Assembly (NCBI GenBank): GCA_025055835.1
Contig: JANWWR010000006.1
Span: 59,120 to 123,119, forward strand
Direction of reading: 5' to 3'
DNA length: 64,000 nt
Source of the DNA: Gemmatales bacterium
GTDB lineage: Bacteria > Planctomycetota > Planctomycetia > Gemmatales > HRBIN36
Shown here one piece after another: positions 33,698 to 42,312 of this stretch. The notes under the pieces are model-generated. The model was not told where the DNA came from. It worked only from the letters and a program-made list of their open reading frames with translations, and did not search any database. The position numbers and the translations under genes are program-made. Position 1 is the first letter of the stretch; the number at the start of each line of letters is the position of its first letter.

Positions 33698-34051
33698 TGT
33701 AGCAGGCCGATTCGCCGAAAAACTCGATGATGACTGGAAAGCGAAGGGACCTCGAACCCATCCAATCAAACCCACAACTGCCGCAAGAAATTTCCGGGAA
33801 GGCCTTGGCAATTCGCCTTTCTTTTTTCGGATCGGTTGACTATAGCCCTCGCCCCCGGAAGGAACAGACCGGCTCGGCGGGGGAACCCAACGTCAATTTG
33901 GGAAGCTGAGTGCGGTTCCGGGAGCGTGGGACCTGTCTGGAAGTCGGGGAGAGTCCGGCAAAGTCGTTGTCCGAGCAAATCGGTTCCGGTCGCTGAAGCG
34001 CGGGAAGGGATCCGTCTCGCCCAAGACCCGTTGCGCAGGGAGGCTTTCGCA

Positions 34052-36487
34052 ATGAACCTGGGAAAACTGTTGGCGTCGTTGATCGGTAGCGGGGCGGGCA
34101 GGAGCGGGAAAAGCCCATCTCGAAGCGTACCCCTGACGCTTGAACCGCTAGAGAGCCGAACGGTGCCCGCGACCATTTCCGGGTACGTCTTCGTGGATGC
34201 CAACAACAACGGCCTATTCGATCCCGGGGAGTCGCCGATTGCCGGAAGCGTCGTCGAGCTGCGAACACCGTCGGGAGCTCTCGTCGGTCAGACGGTGACC
34301 GACGCCCTGGGATTCTACCTGTTTGACCGCGACGGCCGAGTCAACACAGGACCGCAGCAGATCACGCATCTGCTCAGCTTCCCCGAAGCGACGGCCAATC
34401 AGACACGCTTAGGTCAGGTGCCGCAGTTTGACCCGGCTCTTGGCATTTTACAGTCTGTGGAAATCCGTGTTGGTGGGCGGTTCGTAAGTAACATCCGAGT
34501 CGAGAATCTCGATCCGGCAGCGTCGGCCATCACATCCACGGTCGGTGGCTTCGTCGTGCTTGTCGGACCGGGCGTCTCCAGCGAGGTCAATGCTCCCGAG
34601 GCTTCCGAGGTCTTCTATGCAGCCGCTTTCGATGGCACGCTGGACTTCGCCGGTCCGAGCGGAAAGGACTTCGGAGCAAGGACCGTCACGGGAAGCGGCA
34701 ACTTCATGCTGACGAATTCCAGCGACCTGAATGCGTACCGCGGCACCGGGACCGTATCGTTCAGCCTGACGACGGCGGCCACCTCCCGCGTCAGCGGCGG
34801 CAACCTGGCAGCGATCATCAACAGCGTTGCCGGAGCCAATGTCGAAGTCGTCTATCATTATCGAGCCGACGCCAGCCTGAGACCCGGCGATTACGTGATC
34901 CATCAATTCACGCCGTCCGGCTACCTCGACGGCAGGGACTCGCGGGATGGAGTGGTGTTGCCCAACAGCGTCGGCAGCGACACCATCGCCGTCACCCTGC
35001 GGGACCGCAACCTGGTCAACAACAATTTCGGTGAGCTTCTACCGGCCAGCCTGAGCGGCTCCGTGTATGTGGATGACAACAACAACGGCGTCCGCGAATC
35101 GAGCGAGGCCGGGATCGGAGGCGTTACCATCACGCTGACCGGCACGGACGACGTCGGCCGGTCGGTGACGCTCACCGTCGCGACCGGCTCGGACGGCAGC
35201 TACCGCTTCGAGAACTTGCGTCCGGGCACTTACACGATCACGCAGACGCAGCCGAGCGGTTATCTGGATGGCAAAGACAGCCTCGGCTCGCTCGGCGGAA
35301 CGAATAGCAACGACCGCTTCCAGAACATCACCGTTCGCATGGGGCAGAACGGGATCAATTACAATTTCGGCGAACTTCGCCCCGCCAGTTTGAGCGGCTT
35401 CGTCTATGTGGACGCGGACAACGACGGGGTCAAGTCGGCGAGCGAACTGGGAATCACTGGCGTGACGCTGACGCTGACGGGCACGGACGATCTCGGCAAC
35501 GCGGTCCGCATGACGGCGGTCACGGGAGGGGACGGCGGCTACCGCTTCGACAATCTCCGACCGGGAAATTACACCGTGACCCAGACGCAGCCGGACGGCT
35601 ATTTGGACGGCAAGGAAGCAGTGGGTTCAGCCGGGGGATCGCTCAGTGCCAACGACCGCATCAGCAACATCACCCTGTCGTCCGGGACGCAAGGGACGGG
35701 ATACAACTTTGGTGAACTGCAACCGGCCACACTCGGCGGCTCGGTCTATTCGGACTTGAACAATAACGGAGTGCGTGAGGCGAGCGAGTCGGGAATCGCC
35801 GGGGTCAGGATCACCCTGACCGGCATCGACGACCGAGGCCAGACAGTCAATCTGACCGCTACGACTGCTGCGGACGGCTCGTTCAGCTTCACCGGACTGA
35901 GACCGGGCACTTACACGATCGCACAGACGCAACCGAGCGGCTGGCTGGACGGCAAGGACACGGCGGGGAGCCACGGGGGATCGGTCGGCAATGACCGGAT
36001 TGCCGACGTTGTGCTTCGCAGCGGAGATAACGCAACGAACTACCATTTCGGCGAGTTGGTTCCGAGCAGTTTGAGCGGCTTTGTCTACCATGACAAAAAT
36101 AACAACGGTCGGATGGATGCCAACGAGAAAGGCATCGAAGGCGTCCTCATCACGCTGACCGGCACGGACGATCTCGGCAATACGGTCCTGATGACCACGC
36201 GGACCGACAGCGCCGGACGCTATCGCTTCAGCAACCTTCGACCAGGCACCTATACGATCACGCAAAGGCAACCGGGCGGCTGGCTGGACGGCAAGGAAAG
36301 CCTCGGAACCGCCGGCGGCTTTGCCGGTGAGGATGAGTTTTACGGCATCGTCCTTGGCGCGGGCGTGGACGGTCGGGACTACAACTTCGGCGAAGCCAAG
36401 CGGAAGTCTGACGGCGGTTCGCAGGGGAACAACGACGAGCTGAGCAAGTTCTTCTTCCTTGGCTCGACCCGACGCAATGGCAATTGA
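34052..36487 (+). CDS. secreted repeat protein with SdrD-B-like (Cna-B/carboxypeptidase-regulatory-fold) domains and an LEPLESR-type N-terminus
   Basis: The ATG at 34052 is preceded by CAGGGAGG. N-terminus MNLGKLLASLIGSGAGRSGKSPSRSVPLTLEPLESRTVPA. Five repeats carry the pattern SG.VY.D.NNNG......E.GI.GV.ITLTG.DD.G..V..T..T...G.Y.F..LRPG.YT..Q.QP.G.LDGK....G. Confidence 0.85.
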   Translation: MNLGKLLASLIGSGAGRSGKSPSRSVPLTLEPLESRTVPATISGYVFVDANNNGLFDPGESPIAGSVVELRTPSGALVGQTVTDALGFYLFDRDGRVNTGPQQITHLLSFPEATANQTRLGQVPQFDPALGILQSVEIRVGGRFVSNIRVENLDPAASAITSTVGGFVVLVGPGVSSEVNAPEASEVFYAAAFDGTLDFAGPSGKDFGARTVTGSGNFMLTNSSDLNAYRGTGTVSFSLTTAATSRVSGGNLAAIINSVAGANVEVVYHYRADASLRPGDYVIHQFTPSGYLDGRDSRDGVVLPNSVGSDTIAVTLRDRNLVNNNFGELLPASLSGSVYVDDNNNGVRESSEAGIGGVTITLTGTDDVGRSVTLTVATGSDGSYRFENLRPGTYTITQTQPSGYLDGKDSLGSLGGTNSNDRFQNITVRMGQNGINYNFGELRPASLSGFVYVDADNDGVKSASELGITGVTLTLTGTDDLGNAVRMTAVTGGDGGYRFDNLRPGNYTVTQTQPDGYLDGKEAVGSAGGSLSANDRISNITLSSGTQGTGYNFGELQPATLGGSVYSDLNNNGVREASESGIAGVRITLTGIDDRGQTVNLTATTAADGSFSFTGLRPGTYTIAQTQPSGWLDGKDTAGSHGGSVGNDRIADVVLRSGDNATNYHFGELVPSSLSGFVYHDKNNNGRMDANEKGIEGVLITLTGTDDLGNTVLMTTRTDSAGRYRFSNLRPGTYTITQRQPGGWLDGKESLGTAGGFAGEDEFYGIVLGAGVDGRDYNFGEAKRKSDGGSQGNNDELSKFFFLGSTRRNGN
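35041..36395 (+). repeat. four tandem intragenic repeats of about 339 bp (113-114 codons)
   Basis: Repeat starts line up at about 35041, 35381, 35723 and 36061 (CCGGCCAGCCTGAGCGGCT / CCCGCCAGTTTGAGCGGCT / CCGGCCACACTCGGCGGCT / TCCGAGCAGTTTGAGCGGCT). Each encodes one SdrD-B-like domain. Confidence 0.8.
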
Positions 36488-36520
36488 TCGCTCCGGAACC
36501 TGACCCGAAAGGGCCTTGTC

Positions 36521-37993
36521 ATGCGGTACGCATCTGCCGGGATCGTGGGACTTGGATTGGCCGTGGGAGGTTGGTTGTCTCCCCCCGCGAACTCAGCGGA
36601 AAACCCGCCAATTGCGGCTTCGATTCCGAACGCGACCATGCCCGCCAGCGTCGGTCTGGGCCGACCGGTGGGCAAGTCGCTTTCTGTGCTTGGGAAACCA
36701 ACGCCAACAACTGTCCGCGCTCAAAGTCCCGACCGCAATCCACTCCTGCCCCCGAGCGACGACAAGCCGGTGACCGTCGTGGCTGCGTCGGCCCCAACGG
36801 AGGCTCCTGCTCCTACGCCGGTGACGGTCGCGGAAGGGGATCCCTGTTTGGAATGCGGGCCGGTGACGTGTATTCGAGGACCAGCCGGCAACTTGTACGG
36901 CACCGTGGAGTTTCTCCTGTGGAATCTGCGCGACAGCAAAACGCCTCCGCTCATCACCACCAGCAGCGTGCTGACACGCAACGTGCCATTCATCCCCGGA
37001 GCCATCGGCTCACCGGGTACCGTGGTACTCTTCGGCGGAGATATTGATCACGGCTGGACGCCGGGCGTCCGCGGGACGCTTGGCTACTGGTTCGATCCCT
37101 GCCAGACGCTGGGCATCGAAGGCGGGGCATTCGGTCTGGAACACCGCGGCGTCACCTATGTGGCCGGGTCCGAAGGCAATCCGCCGCTGTTTCGGCCGTT
37201 CTTCAACAACTCGCCGACGTTGATTCCGCCCTTCGTCGGCGAGGATGTTCAGGATGTCGCCTTTCCCAATGAACTTTCCGGCGTTGTTGTCGCCAATCTC
37301 GACAGCCGACTCTGGGGGGCGGACTTGAATCTCCGCAAGAGCTTGTGCTACGGAATGACCCGCCGCTGCACGAATTACAGCGTCGATCTCCTTGGCGGTT
37401 TTCGCTTTCTGTCGTTGAGCGAAACGCTTCAGATCGACGAGGACTTGATTACCCGGCAGCAGGTGGATCTCGGACCGCCACCCGGCACGCGATTCGTCCT
37501 CCACGACGAATTTCGCGCAGACAACCGTTTCTTCGGCGGACAACTGGGAGCCACGGCCGAGTTCCGCCGAGGCATCTGGTTTGTCAACCTCCGTGGCCTG
37601 GTTGCCCTGGGAGGAACGAGGCAGGAAGTCAGCATTGACGGGGCCACGGTCGCCACCGCTCCAAATGGCCAGACGCTGATCCGCCGCGGCGGTTTGCTCA
37701 CGCAGCCAACCAACATCGGCCGGTACGAACGGACCGTCTTCAGCGTTGTCCCGGAAGTCGGAATCAACGTCGGCTGTCAAGTCACGGAAGGACTGCGGAT
37801 TTTCGCCGGGTATTCGTTCCTGTACTGGAGCAACGTCGTCCGGCCCGGAGAAACCGTGGATCGGGTCGTAAATGTGACGCAGTTGCCCGGTTCGCCGGTG
37901 CCCTTCTCCGGCCCCGCCCGACCTGCCTTCGTCTGGAGCGACACTGATCTTTGGGTGCATGGGCTGAATGCCGGGCTGGAACTGCGTTACTAG
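36521..37993 (+). CDS. BBP7-family predicted outer-membrane beta-barrel protein
   Basis: Signal peptide MRYASAGIVGLGLAVGGWLSPPANSA. YGTVEFLLWNLRDSKTPPLITTS is typical of the planctomycete BBP7 family. Alternating beta-strand pattern with a C-terminal LNAGLELRY. It starts 34 nt after the adhesin gene. Confidence 0.7.
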   Translation: MRYASAGIVGLGLAVGGWLSPPANSAENPPIAASIPNATMPASVGLGRPVGKSLSVLGKPTPTTVRAQSPDRNPLLPPSDDKPVTVVAASAPTEAPAPTPVTVAEGDPCLECGPVTCIRGPAGNLYGTVEFLLWNLRDSKTPPLITTSSVLTRNVPFIPGAIGSPGTVVLFGGDIDHGWTPGVRGTLGYWFDPCQTLGIEGGAFGLEHRGVTYVAGSEGNPPLFRPFFNNSPTLIPPFVGEDVQDVAFPNELSGVVVANLDSRLWGADLNLRKSLCYGMTRRCTNYSVDLLGGFRFLSLSETLQIDEDLITRQQVDLGPPPGTRFVLHDEFRADNRFFGGQLGATAEFRRGIWFVNLRGLVALGGTRQEVSIDGATVATAPNGQTLIRRGGLLTQPTNIGRYERTVFSVVPEVGINVGCQVTEGLRIFAGYSFLYWSNVVRPGETVDRVVNVTQLPGSPVPFSGPARPAFVWSDTDLWVHGLNAGLELRY

Positions 37994-38445
37994 CTCGAAG
38001 CGAGGCCCGAGTCCGCCAAGTGTTTTAGATAATGCCGTTCTCGACCACGCATCCGGCGTCGAGCTTTCGGGTCAAGGTCGTCATAACCGCACAGATGCAA
38101 CATGCCGTGGACAACGTACAGGCATAACTCCCGATCGGGGTGCAAGCCTCGTCGGCCAGCCTCCCGAACGGCCGTCTCGATGCTGACGACAATCTCTCCT
38201 TCAAGCGGCGACGCTCCGGGTCGGCTCAACGGAAAGGTGATCACGTCGGTCGGCCCTTCGTGGTCCAGATAGGTCTTGTTCAATCTGGCGATTTCACCGT
38301 CGGATACGATGGCCAGGCTGATCTCAGCCGCATCTATGCCCTCGCCTTCGAGCACGGCTCTGATCGCCCGCCGGAGCAATTTGCGGTTGACGGGCACGAG
38401 TCGCTGGTGGTTGACGATGGCGATGCGATGGCGAGGCTTGGGCAT
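37990..38445 (-). CDS. ybeY: rRNA maturation endoribonuclease YbeY
   Basis: Zinc motif HGMLHLCGYDD. 151 aa. TAATG stop/start overlap with the upstream CMD-family gene. Confidence 0.93.
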   Translation of the reverse strand: MPKPRHRIAIVNHQRLVPVNRKLLRRAIRAVLEGEGIDAAEISLAIVSDGEIARLNKTYLDHEGPTDVITFPLSRPGASPLEGEIVVSIETAVREAGRRGLHPDRELCLYVVHGMLHLCGYDDLDPKARRRMRGRERHYLKHLADSGLASS

Positions 38446-38843
38446 TATTCGGGATCGGGCAGAATGTCCGGCTCGATCTGGTAGGCGTCGGCCAGACGGT
38501 TCATGGCGTTGTACAGTCCGACTACGGCCAGCACTTCTCCCAGGGCTTCGTTGTCCAGACCGAGCTTTTTCACGGCCGCTGTATGGGAGTTAATGCAATA
38601 GGTGCAGCCGTTCGTCACTGAAACCGCCAAGGCGATGATTTCCTTGGTCAGCAAATCGATCTTGCCGGGCTGCATGATGGCCTTGAGCCGGGTCCAGCAG
38701 ATTTCAAGGTGGTCGGGATTGGTGGCCAAGGCCCGCCAGATGTTGGGCACCCGGTCAATCTTTTTTGTTGCCTTGATGTCCTCGAAGATGGCTCGGACCT
38801 TTGGATGCGATGTGGTTTCTTCGACCAATTTCACCGTTGCCAT
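38445..38843 (-). CDS. carboxymuconolactone decarboxylase (AhpD-like) family protein
   Basis: AhpD-type CxxC context VSVTNGCTYCINSHT. 132 aa. SD GGAGGG upstream. Confidence 0.85.
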   Translation of the reverse strand: MATVKLVEETTSHPKVRAIFEDIKATKKIDRVPNIWRALATNPDHLEICWTRLKAIMQPGKIDLLTKEIIALAVSVTNGCTYCINSHTAAVKKLGLDNEALGEVLAVVGLYNAMNRLADAYQIEPDILPDPE

Positions 38844-38876
38844 TTTTTGCCCTCCGATCGCAAAAGACCGACCGAA

Positions 38877-40130
38877 TCACTGAGCCAGTCGCAGAAGCTC
38901 CCGTCGGACCAGGGGCACGAGGTCGAGCCGATCCTGCCGCAGCACTTCGGCGAAGCGGCGCAGAGTCAGTTCCAGATGCTCGGCCACTTCTGGATGGAGG
39001 TTGGCCACGTCGTTGACCTCCCAGCGATCCTCAGGTTTCACGAACAACTGCCCGGTCTGTCCGCTCAAGCGCAGACACCATTCGTGGGTCCGTAAAAGCC
39101 ATTGATCCGCATTTTCTATCCGCGAATGCGAGCAGATGTATTCCCGCCGTTGCAGCGGCTGGCCCCGGGCCGTCGAAAGCAGGCCGAAGCCGTGGACCGA
39201 CTCCGGCACCGGAATACCGAACGCCTCGGCAAGGGTCGGCATGAGATCGACAGCCAGGGTGAGTTGCTGGACTCGACGGCCAGCCTGTTCCTGGTTGGGC
39301 AATTTAACAACGAGCGGAAGATGGATCAGTTCCTCGTGCAGATGGGCAGGCTGATCACCAACAACGCCGTGCTGGCCGAGTGGCCAGCCGACATCCGAAG
39401 TGATCACGATCAGCAGTTCGTCGTACATGCCCAGTTCCCGAACCTGATCGAGTAGCATGCCCAACCACTGATCCACGCCGTACACGACACCGGCGTAGGT
39501 TGCGGCTGCCCTCTCGACAAGCGATTTGGCCTCGGATGGCTCAGCCGTGACGATATCTTTGGAGAGCACCTGACCCAGCGGCGGATCGAAAAGCGGTTCG
39601 AGGTCGGCTTCTGGATGACCTTCCAGGGCTTCCTTGTCGAACTCGCTCGGATGCCAGGGAGCGCGGAGCGAAGCGAGTTCCAGCCACACAAGCCAATTCT
39701 TCAGGCCCTGGTTGGTCTTGAGCCATTCCACGGCGGTCTGCACGGTGCCCCCCAGCGGGCTTTCCTGTTCGAGATCACCCACGCGGCATTGGCGGATCCA
39801 GTGCATCGCTTCCCAGCCCCGTCCCGGCAAGCGATTGCGAGACGGCGAACGCTCATCGCCGATCAAAACCGTGGCGATGTCATGTTCCCAGAGCAACTGG
39901 GGGAGGCGGGGAAAGCGGCGTCGTCCCGTCGCCGCATCGGGCAATAACCATCGGCCAGTCAGCCAGTTCCACCGCACCGCAGATGGCGTTGGTTCCGGAG
40001 CGAAATGTTGATCGAAGACCACGCTGTGGGAGGCCAGTTCGTCCAAGGTCGGCGTCACCAGCCAATCGTTTCCGTAGCAGCCTAAATACGCTGGTTGACA
40101 CGCATCCAGCACGACGACCAGACACTTCAT
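38877..40130 (-). CDS. sulfatase-like / alkaline-phosphatase-superfamily protein lacking the C/S-x-P-x-R formylglycine motif
   Basis: Sulfatase-like N-terminus KCLVVVLDACQPAYLGCYGNDWLVTPTLDELASHSVVFDQHF. At the expected C/S-x-P-x-R position the sequence is EPTPSAVRWNWLTGR. No signal peptide. Confidence 0.65.
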   Translation of the reverse strand: MKCLVVVLDACQPAYLGCYGNDWLVTPTLDELASHSVVFDQHFAPEPTPSAVRWNWLTGRWLLPDAATGRRRFPRLPQLLWEHDIATVLIGDERSPSRNRLPGRGWEAMHWIRQCRVGDLEQESPLGGTVQTAVEWLKTNQGLKNWLVWLELASLRAPWHPSEFDKEALEGHPEADLEPLFDPPLGQVLSKDIVTAEPSEAKSLVERAAATYAGVVYGVDQWLGMLLDQVRELGMYDELLIVITSDVGWPLGQHGVVGDQPAHLHEELIHLPLVVKLPNQEQAGRRVQQLTLAVDLMPTLAEAFGIPVPESVHGFGLLSTARGQPLQRREYICSHSRIENADQWLLRTHEWCLRLSGQTGQLFVKPEDRWEVNDVANLHPEVAEHLELTLRRFAEVLRQDRLDLVPLVRRELLRLAQ

Positions 40131-40169
40131 GCTTGGTTACCCGGGCAGATTCCGCTTCAGCAGCGGCGT

Positions 40170-40197
40170 TTGACGAAGCCGATGTGCGGTCTAACAT
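40170..40197 (+). promoter_or_regulatory. putative sigma70-type promoter of folE
   Basis: TTGACG (40170-40175), 16-nt spacer, TAACAT (40192-40197), about 55 nt upstream of the folE ATG. Pattern match only. Confidence 0.3.
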
Positions 40198-40250
40198 AGG
40201 TTTGGGTTGAGACTCCGGCGACCGCAGCATCCGCATCCATCGAGGCAAGC

Positions 40251-40895
40251 ATGTCGGATTCGTCCTCCAATCGTAAGGCACGAACCCTGCCAGGGCCCAA
40301 GCGTCAGAACAACGGACAAGCCCATGCCGTTGATCTCGACCGCATCGCTTCTGCCGTGCGAGAAATCCTGATTGCGGTTGGCGAAGATCCAGATCGGGAT
40401 GGCCTTCGGGAGACGCCGGCCCGGGTCGCCCGGATGTATGCCGAGTTGTTCCGCGGCCTGAACCAAGACCCTCGGACGCATCTGCGCAAGTGCTTCACGG
40501 AGAAGTACGACGAGATCGTGCTGGTCAAGGACATTGATTTCGAAAGCGTTTGCGAGCATCACCTGATGCCGTTTATGGGAAAGGCCCACATTGCCTACCT
40601 GCCCAAAGGACGGATTGTGGGTCTGAGCAAATTGGCTCGGGTCGTGGAAGTGATGGCCCATCGGCCGCAGGTGCAGGAGAGGATGACTCAAGAGATTGCC
40701 GATCTCCTTATGGACGAGTTGGACGCCAAGGGCGTGGCCGTGGTTCTCGAAGCCACGCACACCTGCATGACCGTCCGCGGCATCCATAAGCCGAACAGCA
40801 TTTGCACCACGAGTGCCATGCGCGGCGTCTTCCGCACCAACCTTTCGACTCGCTCCGAACTGATGGCCCTCATCTACGGAACCCGGGTGCGGTAG
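40251..40895 (+). CDS. folE: GTP cyclohydrolase I
   Basis: ETPARVARMY, CEHHLMPF and RPQVQERMT motifs. 214 aa. Confidence 0.95.
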   Translation: MSDSSSNRKARTLPGPKRQNNGQAHAVDLDRIASAVREILIAVGEDPDRDGLRETPARVARMYAELFRGLNQDPRTHLRKCFTEKYDEIVLVKDIDFESVCEHHLMPFMGKAHIAYLPKGRIVGLSKLARVVEVMAHRPQVQERMTQEIADLLMDELDAKGVAVVLEATHTCMTVRGIHKPNSICTTSAMRGVFRTNLSTRSELMALIYGTRVR

Positions 40896-40899
40896 CTCG

Positions 40900-41673
40900 G
40901 TGATGGACGCGGCATTTCTCGAGGTCTTTTGCCTGCGGTTGGCGATCGGATTGGTGATGGCCCTGCTGCTTTTGCCTCCGCGGCAGATCAATCCGCGCTT
41001 TCATCGTATCCAGTCAGTGATCGTGCTGGGGCTGACCACGGTGACGGTGGTACTGGCCTGGTCCCGGGCCGAAAGTGCTTTCTTTCTCGGCATCGGTCTG
41101 GCCGTGGGTGCCTGTCTTCTTGGATCGGTATTCTGGAGTGCCCACGCCAGTCTGGCGGCGGGCGGGTCGGTAGTGCTGACCGCGGCAGGGCTGCTGATCG
41201 CTCTGGCGGGTCTGCACACGGAGGCGGGTACATCCGCTTCGGTGCAGCTGGGCCTAGCTTACTTGATCGCTGACGACCTCACCTCCTCGGCAGTGCTGGG
41301 GCTGGCAACCACCGCGATGCTCGTGGGGCACTGGTATCTGATCGCTCCGACAATGGCGATAGACCCCCTGATCCGGTTGATTGCGGCCTTGGCTGGGGCA
41401 GTGGGGCTGCGTATGCTGACCGCGTTGGCGGATATGAGCCTGATCCTGACCGGAGACGCGACGCTGGACTCCTTGGGCTGGTTGTGGCTGGCGTTACGTT
41501 GGGTTGTCGGCTTCGCCGGGCTGGGCATCCTCACGGTCTTGGCTTGGCGGACCGCCCGGATTCGTTCGACGCAGTCGGCGACAGGCATCTTGTATGTGGT
41601 CACGATCTTCGCCTTCTTTGGAGAATTGACGGCCCAACTCTTGCATGCCCATCTGGCGGAGTTGCCACAATAA
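40900..41673 (+). CDS. polytopic membrane protein, hypothetical
   Basis: GTG at 40900 or ATG at 40903, 5 nt after the folE stop. Seven to eight hydrophobic helices. No family recognised. Confidence 0.55.
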   Translation: MMDAAFLEVFCLRLAIGLVMALLLLPPRQINPRFHRIQSVIVLGLTTVTVVLAWSRAESAFFLGIGLAVGACLLGSVFWSAHASLAAGGSVVLTAAGLLIALAGLHTEAGTSASVQLGLAYLIADDLTSSAVLGLATTAMLVGHWYLIAPTMAIDPLIRLIAALAGAVGLRMLTALADMSLILTGDATLDSLGWLWLALRWVVGFAGLGILTVLAWRTARIRSTQSATGILYVVTIFAFFGELTAQLLHAHLAELPQ

Positions 41674-41710
41674 TTGTGATCCTCCGCGAAACTCTTTGTC
41701 GGGAAATGCC

Positions 41711-42211
41711 ATGCCGAAGTTGCGGTTTTCCTGCCCAGAATGCGAAAGTCGAATCGCCACGGAGGTCGTCTCTGCGCCGTTGTGGAAGTGCCCCTATTGC
41801 GCGGCTGATGTTCCCAATCCCACGGCGAGCGAAGATGCCAATAGCTTGTCGCGATGTCGGGTCTGCGGCAACGCGGAAATGTATGTTCAAAAAGCATTCC
41901 CGAACTGGCTCGGCATGGGTGTGGTGATCCTCGCGGGAATCGGATTCCTGGTGTTTCATTGGATGTACTGGTTCTATGCGGCCTGGGCTTGCCTATTCGG
42001 GGCAGCAATCCTGGATACGCTTTTGTACTTCCTGATGGGCAACGTCACCCTCTGCTATCGCTGCGGAGCGGAGCACTACGGGTTCGCGGTCAATCCGGGG
42101 CATGGCAATTTCGACTTGGGGGTGGCGGAGAAGTATCGCCAGGAGCGGCTGCGGAAGCGTCTCCTGGGCGGAGACTCCGCGTCATCCGTCCGTTCTTCCC
42201 AATCCCGTTGA
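41711..42211 (+). CDS. zinc-ribbon membrane protein, hypothetical
   Basis: MPKLRFSCPECESRI...WKCPYCAADV and RCRVCGNAEMY (two CxxC pairs each), then two TM helices, then a further CYRCG. I chose the ATG at 41711 rather than the track start 41645, which overlaps the previous gene. Confidence 0.5.
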   Translation: MPKLRFSCPECESRIATEVVSAPLWKCPYCAADVPNPTASEDANSLSRCRVCGNAEMYVQKAFPNWLGMGVVILAGIGFLVFHWMYWFYAAWACLFGAAILDTLLYFLMGNVTLCYRCGAEHYGFAVNPGHGNFDLGVAEKYRQERLRKRLLGGDSASSVRSSQSR

Positions 42212-42312
42212 AGACGAGATCAATTGGGCAGAATCGCGGCGTGACGAGGTTCACCGCCGGGGTAGAATAATCGCCAACGTGCATCCTCTGAAAGCCGGTT
42301 CCTCGGTGTGCG

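Noticed and set aside
33735-33825. tRNA-like 3' end on the minus strand (GGGTTCGAGGTCCC...TTCGCTTTCCA)
   Set aside because: The putative T-stem has mismatches. The acceptor stem needs a bulge. The candidate anticodon loop (AATTTCT) violates the conserved U33 / purine-37 pattern, and at 86 nt it lacks a proper D-arm. I judged it a chance resemblance in the rluB leader.
41645-41710. Track start of the zinc-ribbon ORF at 41645
   Set aside because: That start overlaps the end of the preceding membrane-protein gene and encodes a non-descript peptide. The ATG at 41711 directly precedes the first CxxC ribbon.
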